Shown here: positions 18,581 to 27,060 of the stretch, in pieces | Layout of the letters: every line of letters starts with the position of its first letter | Position numbering within the stretch: position 1 is the stretch's first letter | Assembly: GCF_001545095.1 (NCBI RefSeq) | Contig: NZ_CP013213.1 | Location: forward strand, 1,080,001 to 1,112,000 | Reading direction: 5' to 3' | Source of the DNA: Erysipelothrix larvae | GTDB taxonomy: Bacteria > Bacillota_I > Bacilli_A > Erysipelotrichales > Erysipelotrichaceae | Length of the DNA stretch: 32,000 bases | Program-made: the position numbers and the translations under genes | Notes under the pieces: model-generated | The model's database searches: none | Told to the model about the DNA's origin: nothing | What the model saw: the letters and a program-made list of their open reading frames with translations, nothing else

Positions 18581-18998
18581 CGAGAATCTCCTTTTGAAGT
18601 GTAAACATCTCATGTTCTTCTTCTTGAGTATGATGATCATAGCCAAGAAGATGTAAGTAGCCATGGACTACAAGAAATGAGAATTCACGTTTTAAAGAGT
18701 GTTGATACTCTTGTGCTTGTCGTCTTAAAGCATCCACAGAGATAACAATATCACCAAGATTGGTGATACCTTCTTCACAATCTCCATCAGGGAAACTTAA
18801 AACATCAGTGGGAGTGTCAATATCACGAAATGCTTTATTGTACTCATGAATTTGTGCATCATGAACGAGCACTACAGAAACACTGACTTTATCATCATGT
18901 TTGACGTGATGCAATGTTTCTTTAAGTAAAGGACTCAGATATTTTTTATATTCCTTCCATGATGTTTCACTGCTTTGATTTAAAAATGTAATATCCAT
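18555..18998 (-). CDS. ybeY: rRNA maturation endoribonuclease YbeY
   Basis: HGYLHLLGYDH zinc motif. 147 aa. Confidence 0.95.
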   Translation of the reverse strand: MDITFLNQSSETSWKEYKKYLSPLLKETLHHVKHDDKVSVSVVLVHDAQIHEYNKAFRDIDTPTDVLSFPDGDCEEGITNLGDIVISVDALRRQAQEYQHSLKREFSFLVVHGYLHLLGYDHHTQEEEHEMFTLQKEILDALDIRRS

Positions 18999-19037
18999 AT
19001 GTTCACTTCCTGCTTCTATCTAATGATAAACATGTGT

Positions 19038-20252
19038 TTAGGCGATTGGTAAAGCAATGGTAAAGGTTGTTCCTTTTCCAAGTTTACTTGCAACACTCAA
19101 GGTGCCACCATGTGCTTCAACAATTGATTTGGAAATTGCGAGTCCTAAACCACTGTTTCCATCGTTACGATTGCGATCAGATTGACCCCTAAAGAAGCGC
19201 TCGAAAATATGTGGGAGCACGTCTTCGCTAATTCCTGCACCTGTATCTGAGAACTTAATGATGCATGTTTTTTCTGTCAATTCACAATCGATGCGAATGG
19301 ATTGGTCTTTTGAATAGTTTATTGCATTGTTGAAGAGGTTGATGAAAACTTGGCTTAATCTAAATTGATCGGCTTCAAGTTCTAAGTCGGAAGCACAATT
19401 CAGTACAACTTTGATGTTGTTGTTATGCAGTTGAGAACGTCTTCGATAAATAAGTCCTTGGAAGAAATCGTTGAGATTGAAGCGTGATTTCTCTAAGTGC
19501 ACCTTATTGGTTGACAGTTTTGATTGAAGCAGTAGATCTTCAACAATCTTTTCAAGGCGGGTTAACTCAAGGGTGATCTGTTCCTTAAATTCTTCCATCG
19601 CTTCTTTATCATCAAATCCTTCTCGGGTTAAGATCTCGTGCATACCTTTTATTGCTGCGATTGGTGTCTTAAGTTCATGAGATGCATCAGCAATAAATCG
19701 TTTTTGCATTTTCTCCCCTTCACGCACTAAGGTAACATCTTGGAATACAAGAATACATCCGTTGTAGCGATTTTCAAAGAAAATTGGAACCGATAATACT
19801 TGATAGTCAACACTGTTGATCACGACTTGTTTATAGAAGTGTTTTTCGCCTAAAAAGGCATCTAAGAATATTTTGTGTAAGGAAGATCCGACATTTGATG
19901 CATAAACATCGTGAACCTCATCCCCTACTAAGTCCCTAAATTTTGAATTATAGGTGTCAAAGTTCCCTTTTTGATCCACATAACACATGGCAGAAGGGAT
20001 TGCTTGTATAATATGGTCCAATTTTTCAGTTTCAAACGATAGTTGTTGTTCTACTGATGCAATCTTGCCTTCAAATTCAGATGCTTTTTTATGTTCAAGT
20101 TCTTTCTGTTGGTAAAACATGATCCCAAATACAGATAAAGCATCCATGACCAAGAATAAAACCATCAAGACTTCATTCTCTCGTGTTAAATATGCAAGGG
20201 TGCTGAATCCTAAGATTGCAAATAAGATCATTTTATTTTGTTTTGATAACAT
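19038..20252 (-). CDS. phoR: sensor histidine kinase, PhoR-like (2 TM, PAS, HisKA, HATPase)
   Basis: H-box FIADASHELKTPI, N box NLFNNAINYS and G boxes DTGAGI / GLGLAISK. ATG at 20252 has a GAGAGG RBS. Paired with a PhoP-like regulator, and Pho boxes are present at pstS. Confidence 0.7.
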   Translation of the reverse strand: MLSKQNKMILFAILGFSTLAYLTRENEVLMVLFLVMDALSVFGIMFYQQKELEHKKASEFEGKIASVEQQLSFETEKLDHIIQAIPSAMCYVDQKGNFDTYNSKFRDLVGDEVHDVYASNVGSSLHKIFLDAFLGEKHFYKQVVINSVDYQVLSVPIFFENRYNGCILVFQDVTLVREGEKMQKRFIADASHELKTPIAAIKGMHEILTREGFDDKEAMEEFKEQITLELTRLEKIVEDLLLQSKLSTNKVHLEKSRFNLNDFFQGLIYRRRSQLHNNNIKVVLNCASDLELEADQFRLSQVFINLFNNAINYSKDQSIRIDCELTEKTCIIKFSDTGAGISEDVLPHIFERFFRGQSDRNRNDGNSGLGLAISKSIVEAHGGTLSVASKLGKGTTFTIALPIA

Positions 20253-20904
20253 AGCCAATACCTCTCAATGATTCTATATGTATGGTTGATTGTTCAAGTT
20301 TAGCGCGAAGCTTATGAATGTGCACATCGACAATGCGCGTGTCACCATCATAGCCAAAGTCCCATATTTCTGTAAGGATTTGGTCGCGGTCTTTTACACT
20401 GTTTTGATTTTCTACTAAGTAATGCAGTAAATCAAATTCTTTTTTTGTAAGGTCAATCTCTTGTCCTTCTACAATAACACTACGAAGTTCGGTGTTAATG
20501 ATTGTATTTCCAATAACTTGATCATGGTGTTTAAGTGATAACGATGATCGTTTTAAATGAGCACTGATGCGCGCTGTCAATACACGGGGTGAAAAGGGTT
20601 TGGTTAAGTAGTCATCAACCCCTGCTTCAAAGGCTTCTAGAATATCCTCTTCTTCATCTTTTGCAGTAAGCATAATGATGACGCCTTGATATCCTTCACT
20701 TCGAAGTGTACATACGACCTCAATCCCCGATTTGTGTGGAATCATCCAATCGCAGATGATGGCATCGTAATGTGATGATCTTGCTTTTTCAAGAGCATTT
20801 AAACCATCTTCAGCAGTATCAACATCGTAGTTCGCATGTTTTAAGTCATAGCGCAGTAATTTGCGTATGCTGTCATCATCTTCAATGATTAATATTTTTT
20901 CCAC
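20233..20904 (-). CDS. phoP: OmpR-family response regulator, PhoP-like
   Basis: GTG at 20904 is preceded by GGAGG at 8 nt. The segment IIMLTAKDEEEDILEAFEAGVDDYLTKPFSPRVLTARI closely resembles remembered B. subtilis PhoP. Winged-helix C-terminus (LRGIGYV). Confidence 0.7.
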   Translation of the reverse strand: MEKILIIEDDDSIRKLLRYDLKHANYDVDTAEDGLNALEKARSSHYDAIICDWMIPHKSGIEVVCTLRSEGYQGVIIMLTAKDEEEDILEAFEAGVDDYLTKPFSPRVLTARISAHLKRSSLSLKHHDQVIGNTIINTELRSVIVEGQEIDLTKKEFDLLHYLVENQNSVKDRDQILTEIWDFGYDGDTRIVDVHIHKLRAKLEQSTIHIESLRGIGYVIKTK

Positions 20905-20905
20905 G

Positions 20906-21877
20906 TTACATGCCTCCGTTATTTTCAAACCGTTTCAAGATTTCAATGACAAGTGGATGACGCACAACATCAGAATTTGTAAGCTTCACAAAAGCGATGT
21001 TGTCAATGTCTTGTAATCGATCGATGGAAGTCTTTAGTCCTGATTCCTGTTTAGGATGTAAGTCAACTTGTGTTAAATCCCCAGTGACGATCATCTTGGA
21101 ATTGCGTCCCAACCGCGTTAAGAACATAATCATCTGTGCTTTTGTTGTGTTTTGTGCTTCATCTAGGATGATCATTGCATCATCAAGGGTACGACCACGC
21201 ATGTATGCAAGTGGTGCAATTTCAATGGTGTTGTTTTCAATATATCGTAAGGTTTTCTCGCTTGAAAGCATATCATCCAAAGCGTCGTAAAGTGGACGCA
21301 AATACGGATCAACTTTTTCTTTCAAATCGCCAGGTAAGAATCCTAGGTTTTCACCGGCCTCTACTGCTGGACGCGTTAATATAATTTTTTTGATCTGTCC
21401 CTTTTTCAACAATTCCACAGCATAAACAACTGCAAGATAAGTCTTTCCTGTACCTGCAGGACCCACTGCAAAGGTTAAATCATTGGCTTTAACTTTATCG
21501 ATGAATACTTTTTGCCCTAATGTCATGGCTCGAATTGGTTTACCAGTATAGGTTCTTGCAATAATTGTATCCAGTGCTTCTAATAATTTATCTTCAGCAT
21601 TGCGGTTGACCGCATCAACCAACAGTTCAAGATCATACTTGTTGAATTTAGAGTACTTTATAATAATCCGTTGAATCGTATTAATAATACGCACTGCCTT
21701 TTCAACAGCATCATCCGTGCCTTTAATCGCAATTGACGTATCTTTAACATAAAGCTCGACGTCACATGCTTTTTCAATTCGTTTGAGGTTTTCCTCCTCA
21801 ACACCCGTTAAGAGTGAATAGTCTTTGTTATCTATATCTAGAGTTACGCGTTCAGTTCTCAAAGAAACATCCTCCAT
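20906..21877 (-). CDS. phoH: PhoH-like ATPase
   Basis: Walker A GPAGTGKTYLAV and the PhoH C-terminal signature. The start is either ATG 21877 or TTG 21862 (see findings). Confidence 0.93.
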   Translation of the reverse strand: MEDVSLRTERVTLDIDNKDYSLLTGVEEENLKRIEKACDVELYVKDTSIAIKGTDDAVEKAVRIINTIQRIIIKYSKFNKYDLELLVDAVNRNAEDKLLEALDTIIARTYTGKPIRAMTLGQKVFIDKVKANDLTFAVGPAGTGKTYLAVVYAVELLKKGQIKKIILTRPAVEAGENLGFLPGDLKEKVDPYLRPLYDALDDMLSSEKTLRYIENNTIEIAPLAYMRGRTLDDAMIILDEAQNTTKAQMIMFLTRLGRNSKMIVTGDLTQVDLHPKQESGLKTSIDRLQDIDNIAFVKLTNSDVVRHPLVIEILKRFENNGGM

Positions 21878-21884
21878 TTAACTT

Positions 21885-21893
21885 ATTATATCA
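21885..21893 (-). promoter_or_regulatory. extended -10 promoter (TGATATAAT) for the phoH-led chain
   Basis: Minus strand reads tttTGATATAATaagttaaATGGAGG. Confidence 0.5.
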
Positions 21894-22012
21894 AAAATGT
21901 ACTAAAAAAGAACATTTTAGTGCAGAAAGAGTATTTCTAACAAAATATTTGCTGTATTGTGCCAAGCATTAAAAGTTTCGAGAAAATATTGCTTTTTTAT
22001 TCACTGTTTTTC

Positions 22013-22040
22013 TTGATTTTTGATGATTGCGTGTTATAAT
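22013..22040 (+). promoter_or_regulatory. rpsU promoter
   Basis: -35 TTGATT (22013-22018), 16 nt spacer, extended -10 TGTTATAAT (ending at 22040). Confidence 0.55.
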
Positions 22041-22071
22041 ATTTTTGCTTGCATCAGAGAGGAGGTTAGTC

Positions 22072-22257
22072 ATGTCGAGAGTAGTAGTTAAAGAGAACGA
22101 AGGTTTAGATGATGCTTTACGCAGGTTTAAACGTCAAGTATCTCGCAATGGTACCCTAGCTGAGGCTCGCAAAAGAGAGTATTATGTTAAACCAGGCGTA
22201 CGACGTAAACTTAAATCTGAAGCCGCTCAAAAGGCGCGTCGTAAAAAACGTCGTTAA
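22072..22257 (+). CDS. rpsU: 30S ribosomal protein S21
   Basis: [42 protein letters not shown]... GAGGAGG RBS. The track ORF start at 22027 is an upstream extension. Confidence 0.95.
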   Translation: MSRVVVKENEGLDDALRRFKRQVSRNGTLAEARKREYYVKPGVRRKLKSEAAQKARRKKRR

Positions 22258-22293
22258 TCTGATTTAATTTAAAAATTTGTGATTATACACATT

Positions 22294-22319
22294 AAAAGGA
22301 GCTCGTCGCTCCTTTTTTC
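22294..22319. terminator. bidirectional intrinsic terminator between convergent rpsU and phoU
   Basis: AAAAGGAGC-tcgtc-GCTCCTTTTTT, with an A-run and a T-run on either side. Confidence 0.85.
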
Positions 22320-22949
22320 TTATCCAAAGTCAACATGTTGACCATTTACGATATAAACAACTTGTTCGCAGATGTTTTTCAAATGGTCCCCTGTTCGCTC
22401 TAAATTCCGTAACATTCCCGTTAATTCGACCGGAAAGCTTGTTTTATGTCCCTTGTCAGCAATTTGATACAACAAGCGCTTAAATGCTTGGTCAATTTCC
22501 TCGTCCAAGGAAGCAACACGATAGGCCTCCTTAACATCTTGCTTTTTTAACACATTTGTAACTTGATCCAAATAATCTATCAGTGTATCACCCAAAGATT
22601 CAACTTCTTCACGATACTGATTTACACCATCATAATATCGGATAACAAAACGTCCGATATTTTTTGCATAGTCTCCAATCCGTTCATAATCTGTCGCAAT
22701 CTTAACGCCACCAACTAAAAGGCGTAAATCACGCGCAACAGGTTGCATCAAGGACAAAATTTGAATGGCTTGATTATTGATGAGTTCATTTTGATTGTTG
22801 ATGAATTCATCTTTTTCTATGACATCCAGCGCTAAAGTCTTGTCATCATTTTTAAAAGCCGTCAATGCGTTGGATAAGTTTTCACGGACTTGATGTGCAA
22901 GTGTGAAAATACTTTCTTCGTATTGATTCATAAGTTGATCGATTTGCAT
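22320..22949 (-). CDS. phoU: phosphate signalling complex protein PhoU
   Basis: 209 aa with two PhoU repeats carrying ERIGDYAKNI and ERTGDHLKNI motifs. Lies downstream of pstB. Confidence 0.93.
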   Translation of the reverse strand: MQIDQLMNQYEESIFTLAHQVRENLSNALTAFKNDDKTLALDVIEKDEFINNQNELINNQAIQILSLMQPVARDLRLLVGGVKIATDYERIGDYAKNIGRFVIRYYDGVNQYREEVESLGDTLIDYLDQVTNVLKKQDVKEAYRVASLDEEIDQAFKRLLYQIADKGHKTSFPVELTGMLRNLERTGDHLKNICEQVVYIVNGQHVDFG

Positions 22950-22960
22950 GTTTTAGTCTC

Positions 22961-23713
22961 CTATCCGAATCGTCCGGTAATATAATCTTCAGTTCGTTTA
23001 TCTTTTGGTGTATGGAACAATGTTTTTGTATCTTCAAACTCAACGAGATCCCCTAATAAGAAGAACGCAGTCATATCACTAATCCGTGCTGCTTGTTGCA
23101 TTGAATGGGTTACGATAATAATCGTATATGTTTTCTTTAATTCAATGATGAGTTGTTCAATCTTTGCTGTTGCAATTGGGTCGAGTGCGGATGTTGGCTC
23201 ATCCATTAAGATGACTTCTGGTTTTAATGCGATGGCACGTGCAATACATAAACGTTGTTGTTGACCACCCGATAATCCCATGGCACTTTTATGAAGACGA
23301 TCTTTAACTTCATCATACAATGCCGCTTGCTGTAATGCAACCTTCACTGCTTCATCTAAAAATGCCTTATCTTTAATCCCTTGACAGCGTAACCCATAGG
23401 CAACATTATCATAGATACTCATCGGAAATGGATTGGGTTGTTGAAATACCATCCCTACTTTTGTTCGAAGATCCACAACATCGGTGTTCTTGTCGTAAAT
23501 ATCCTGATCATTAAAAAGGATGTCTCCGGTTATTTTTGTGTTTGGAATCAAATCATTCATTCGGTTCAAACAACGTAGGAAGGTTGATTTCCCACAACCT
23601 GAAGGACCAATAAATGCAGTTACTTGATGCTTTGTAATGTCTATGTTTATGCTTTTTAATGCTTGAGTCTCACCATAGTAGAGATCAAGATTTTTAACTT
23701 TAAATGAATTCAT
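22961..23713 (-). CDS. pstB: phosphate ABC transporter ATP-binding protein
   Basis: Walker [10 protein letters not shown], signature LSGGQQQR and Walker [12 protein letters not shown]. Confidence 0.96.
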   Translation of the reverse strand: MNSFKVKNLDLYYGETQALKSINIDITKHQVTAFIGPSGCGKSTFLRCLNRMNDLIPNTKITGDILFNDQDIYDKNTDVVDLRTKVGMVFQQPNPFPMSIYDNVAYGLRCQGIKDKAFLDEAVKVALQQAALYDEVKDRLHKSAMGLSGGQQQRLCIARAIALKPEVILMDEPTSALDPIATAKIEQLIIELKKTYTIIIVTHSMQQAARISDMTAFFLLGDLVEFEDTKTLFHTPKDKRTEDYITGRFG

Positions 23714-23716
23714 AAT

Positions 23717-24940
23717 TTATCCTTGCCACTTTCTTTCTAAACGTCTTGATAAAAATTTAACACTGAAATTGAGAATGAATACGATGATTAATATGATGAT
23801 TGAAATTGCACTAGCAAGCTCAAAGTTAGGTTGTTCACCACTCATAATTGTCCAAATATGAACTGCTAGGGTTGTCGCACCGGTACTTAATTTAGGAGCG
23901 TCATTGATGAAGGTTCCCATTGTGTAAATCAAGGCTGCAGATTCTCCAATGATACGACTTACTGCCAATAATAAAGCTGAGAGAATTCCAGGAAGCGCTG
24001 ATGGGAGAATCACTCTAAAAATGGTTTGAGTTTGAGTCGCACCTAATGATAATGAAGCATACCGATAATCACGGGGAACAACAACTAAAGATTCTTGTAC
24101 AGATCGGATTATCACTGGAAGCAGTACAATGGACATAGTCATGCCTCCTAATAAAACAGACAATCCAGAAATGTTAAAGAGTGCAGTAATTGGAAAGAGT
24201 ACTGCAATTCCCATGAGACCAAAGATAATACTAGGAACCCCAGCAAGCATTTCAATTGCACGTTCGATTGTATTTCTAAGGAAGCCTGGTTTCGCTATTT
24301 CAGTGAGGTAGATTGCGGCAAAGATTCCCAATGGTAGTGCAATGACAATTGAGATCGCAATTAACATTAAAGTTGCAAGTAAAGATCCCCAAATCCCCCC
24401 ACCTTGAGTTTGAAAGTAAAGCGAGGTAATTTCAGAAGCACTGTCAAGATTTTGAACAATTGTTTCCGCATTTTCTTGCATTGTAAGTCCTGTTAGGGAA
24501 ACAACCCCTTCTTCATTGAGATACTCAAGACGATTAAAAATGCTGTTGTCATCAATGGACAAAGGTTGGAGATAATTAGAGCCTTGTGATGCATCAACAC
24601 TTGTTAAAAACGGTGAGTCTTCTGCAATATAGACAATAAGCACTTCTTTTTTCTTTTCATGATTGATTGAATCTTTAAGTGCAACACCATATTGAGTACT
24701 AAAATAAACATCATCGCCAAGGTCATCTGGGGTTTCAAATAAGCTAGGTTGGTTATTTTCAAAGTGAACTAAATAGTTTTGTGACCAATAATTATTGGTT
24801 AACATATCAAAACTTAATGTACCAACTCCGCGGATTGCCACAAATCCAAAGATGAGTACAAGGGCGATTACGGTGGTTCCTGAGGCAAGCATTGTTATTG
24901 CATTGTAAATACCATCGATTATTTTACGTCGTTTTGTCAT
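23717..24940 (-). CDS. pstA: phosphate ABC transporter permease PstA with an enlarged first external loop
   Basis: Permease core and EAA-like region (ESAALIYTMG). 407 aa. Start overlaps the pstC stop (ATGA). Confidence 0.9.
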   Translation of the reverse strand: MTKRRKIIDGIYNAITMLASGTTVIALVLIFGFVAIRGVGTLSFDMLTNNYWSQNYLVHFENNQPSLFETPDDLGDDVYFSTQYGVALKDSINHEKKKEVLIVYIAEDSPFLTSVDASQGSNYLQPLSIDDNSIFNRLEYLNEEGVVSLTGLTMQENAETIVQNLDSASEITSLYFQTQGGGIWGSLLATLMLIAISIVIALPLGIFAAIYLTEIAKPGFLRNTIERAIEMLAGVPSIIFGLMGIAVLFPITALFNISGLSVLLGGMTMSIVLLPVIIRSVQESLVVVPRDYRYASLSLGATQTQTIFRVILPSALPGILSALLLAVSRIIGESAALIYTMGTFINDAPKLSTGATTLAVHIWTIMSGEQPNFELASAISIIILIIVFILNFSVKFLSRRLERKWQG

Positions 24941-25863
24941 GCGTGTTCACTTCCTATCTTTTTCTTAACGTGGTGAATCAATAAGTTTGAGATAAGAATC
25001 GTAATCATTAAGACAATCCCAACGCTAAAACGCACATCATAGTCGAGCCCAGTTGTTTCTTTTAATCCTGATAACATTGTGGAGGTTAAGGTTCGCGTTA
25101 TATCAAATGGATTGAGTGTGGGACCCACTGACTTGTTTCCGGCAACCATTGAGACGGCGGTTGCTTCACCAAAAGCGCGTGCGAGTCCTAAGATAAGTCC
25201 TGCAAAAATACCTGATTTAGCAGACGTTAAGACAACTTTGAAGTTTGTCTGTGTTTTTGATGCACCCAGGGCCAATGAGGCAAGTTCAAGTTGTGGTTTC
25301 ACAGTTTTAATTGCAACAATGGATAGTGATGTCATAGTAGGCAATGTCATCAGCGCTAAAAGTATAATCACAGCGAGTAACGAACGCCCACCAAAAGTAG
25401 AATATCCCATCACTTTTGCAAGTGAATCAACCCATCCTACAATAACTCCTGATGCAAAAACTCCGTAAACAACGGATGGGATCGCAGCCAGAAGCTCAAT
25501 AACTGTTGTGAGTATTTCACCAAGTTTCTTTGGTGCAATTTTAACAATAAATAATGCAGTTAAAACTGAAATTGGAAATGCGAGGAGCATTGCAAAGAAT
25601 GCAGAGATAAGTGTATTGATAATGATGAATAATACACCATAGGTTTGAGTTGAGCTTTGCCACTGAAACCCTGTTAGAAACTTCCATAAGCTAATTTGGT
25701 CTGGATAGTTTGGTAAAAAGACTGAAATACCGCGCTTAAAGATAAATACGAAAATCAAAACAATTGCGGATGCAGCGATGATTCCCGCAAGGCGAAAAAG
25801 ACCAATAAAAAATAGGTCAACAATTTTCTTTCGCTTTTGATAACGTGTAACCGATGAATTCAT
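24937..25863 (-). CDS. pstC: phosphate ABC transporter permease PstC
   Basis: 308 aa polytopic permease in the operon position after pstS. Confidence 0.92.
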   Translation of the reverse strand: MNSSVTRYQKRKKIVDLFFIGLFRLAGIIAASAIVLIFVFIFKRGISVFLPNYPDQISLWKFLTGFQWQSSTQTYGVLFIIINTLISAFFAMLLAFPISVLTALFIVKIAPKKLGEILTTVIELLAAIPSVVYGVFASGVIVGWVDSLAKVMGYSTFGGRSLLAVIILLALMTLPTMTSLSIVAIKTVKPQLELASLALGASKTQTNFKVVLTSAKSGIFAGLILGLARAFGEATAVSMVAGNKSVGPTLNPFDITRTLTSTMLSGLKETTGLDYDVRFSVGIVLMITILISNLLIHHVKKKIGSEHA

Positions 25864-25888
25864 AAAACCTCTTTTCTAAACGTGTGAA

Positions 25889-25910
25889 AAGCTTAGTGTA
25901 AACTAAGCTT
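25889..25910 (-). other. intercistronic stem-loop at the pstS/pstC junction
   Basis: AAGCTTAGT-ttac-ACTAAGCTT is a perfect 9 bp stem starting within the pstS stop codon. No U-tract follows. Confidence 0.55.
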
Positions 25911-26820
25911 ACTTGATTCCATCCCACGTTGTAATTTCACCACTAAAGATTTGAACAAGTTTTTCAGCATTAAGATCTGTGATTGCTTCATTTGCAACAT
26001 TCACAACCACAACCACCGCATCTTTTGCATATTGACCTGCAGCAATAGAGCGTGTTGTATCCTCTTCAGATTTAAATTCACGGGATGCAAAGCCGATGTC
26101 TACAGCGTTCGCACCATCTTTTTCTGTGCCAAGTACGCGTTTATATCCATCAGAGGAACCGGTTTGATTTGGTTCAAATTTGAAGTTACCTGCGAGTGGA
26201 ATAAAGGATTGCATTGCTGCTTCCAAAGTTTTAGCAACTGAGGTTGATCCACCTGTTTTAATCGTAATACTTGAGTTGTCTTGGTTTACTACAGGATGAT
26301 TTGCTTTCAGTGTTGACCATGGTTTGCCTTGACTCACATCAACAATACCACCAGCACTTAGTACAGCTTGAAGTCCTTCAGTTGAGTTTGTAAGATAATC
26401 AATGAACGCCAATACAAGTTGTTCTTTTGTATCTGAATCAAAGTCCCCGGATGCTCGAGTTACATACTCAAATGGACGTGCGAGTTTATATTCACCTGAG
26501 TTAACGGTTTCTACGGTTGCTTCGACACCCTCATATGTGAGTGCCTTGAGGCTGTTTGCTTCAAAGTCTGTTGAGAGTGATACATAGCCAATACCATTGG
26601 TGTCTTTACCGACTTGAGACGCCATATCTCCATTTGATGTTGTTTCTGAGCTATTTGCGGTAAGTGCATCATCATCAAGACCAATGATTGCTTCAAACGC
26701 TTCACGGGTTCCACTCGAACTATCACGAGTATATATTTTAATATCCATAGATGCAGACGTGCTATTACCGCACCCAACTAATACTAAACAAGATATAAGA
26801 ATTGCGACTGCCTTTTTCAT
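25909..26820 (-). CDS. pstS: phosphate-binding lipoprotein PstS
   Basis: ATG at 26820 has a GGAGG RBS. The signal peptide MKKAVAILISCLVLVGC carries a lipobox. The track start at 26889 is an extension. Confidence 0.92.
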   Translation of the reverse strand: MKKAVAILISCLVLVGCGNSTSASMDIKIYTRDSSSGTREAFEAIIGLDDDALTANSSETTSNGDMASQVGKDTNGIGYVSLSTDFEANSLKALTYEGVEATVETVNSGEYKLARPFEYVTRASGDFDSDTKEQLVLAFIDYLTNSTEGLQAVLSAGGIVDVSQGKPWSTLKANHPVVNQDNSSITIKTGGSTSVAKTLEAAMQSFIPLAGNFKFEPNQTGSSDGYKRVLGTEKDGANAVDIGFASREFKSEEDTTRSIAAGQYAKDAVVVVVNVANEAITDLNAEKLVQIFSGEITTWDGIK

Positions 26821-26853
26821 AAATCCTCCGATGCAATGTTTTCTTGCAAACTC

Positions 26854-26907
26854 ATCATATCCTACCTCTATTAATTTCAATTTAACCAATTGTTAAGATT
26901 GTGTAAA
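26854..26907 (-). promoter_or_regulatory. Pho-box array plus -10 of the pst operon promoter
   Basis: Minus strand reads TTTACA-n5-TTAACA-n5-TTAAAT-n5-TTAATA. The starts are spaced exactly 11 bp apart (26907, 26896, 26885, 26874). TATGAT follows at 26854-26859. Confidence 0.65.
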
Positions 26908-27002
26908 CTCATGTGCTCACACTTAAATTTCGATTATTTATGGATATAAACACGCAAACCAGGCCAAGGTTTCACAAAGGGATATGATCATGTCATTGGA
27001 TA

Positions 27003-27045
27003 AAAAAAAGTGCCATTGCACTTAAAGTCAGTGCGATGACACGGT
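27003..27045 (-). terminator. terminator after the aldolase gene
   Basis: An imperfect hairpin (CATCGCACT...AGTGCAATG / GTGC-aatg-GCAC) is followed by T8 on the minus strand. Confidence 0.6.
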
Positions 27046-27060
27046 GAATACTAATGGTAA

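Noticed and set aside
26511-26777. 88-aa minus-strand ORF inside pstS. The same applies to 10157-10363, 11922-12149, 13942-14286 and 14941-15144.
   Set aside because: These are same-strand alternative frames of confidently assigned genes with no independent support.
26950-26975. cre-like (CcpA) site TGTGAAACCTTGGC and the ATGATCAT palindrome (26984-26991) between fda and pstS
   Set aside because: It fails the central CG and other fixed positions of the cre consensus. The short palindromes are expected by chance.
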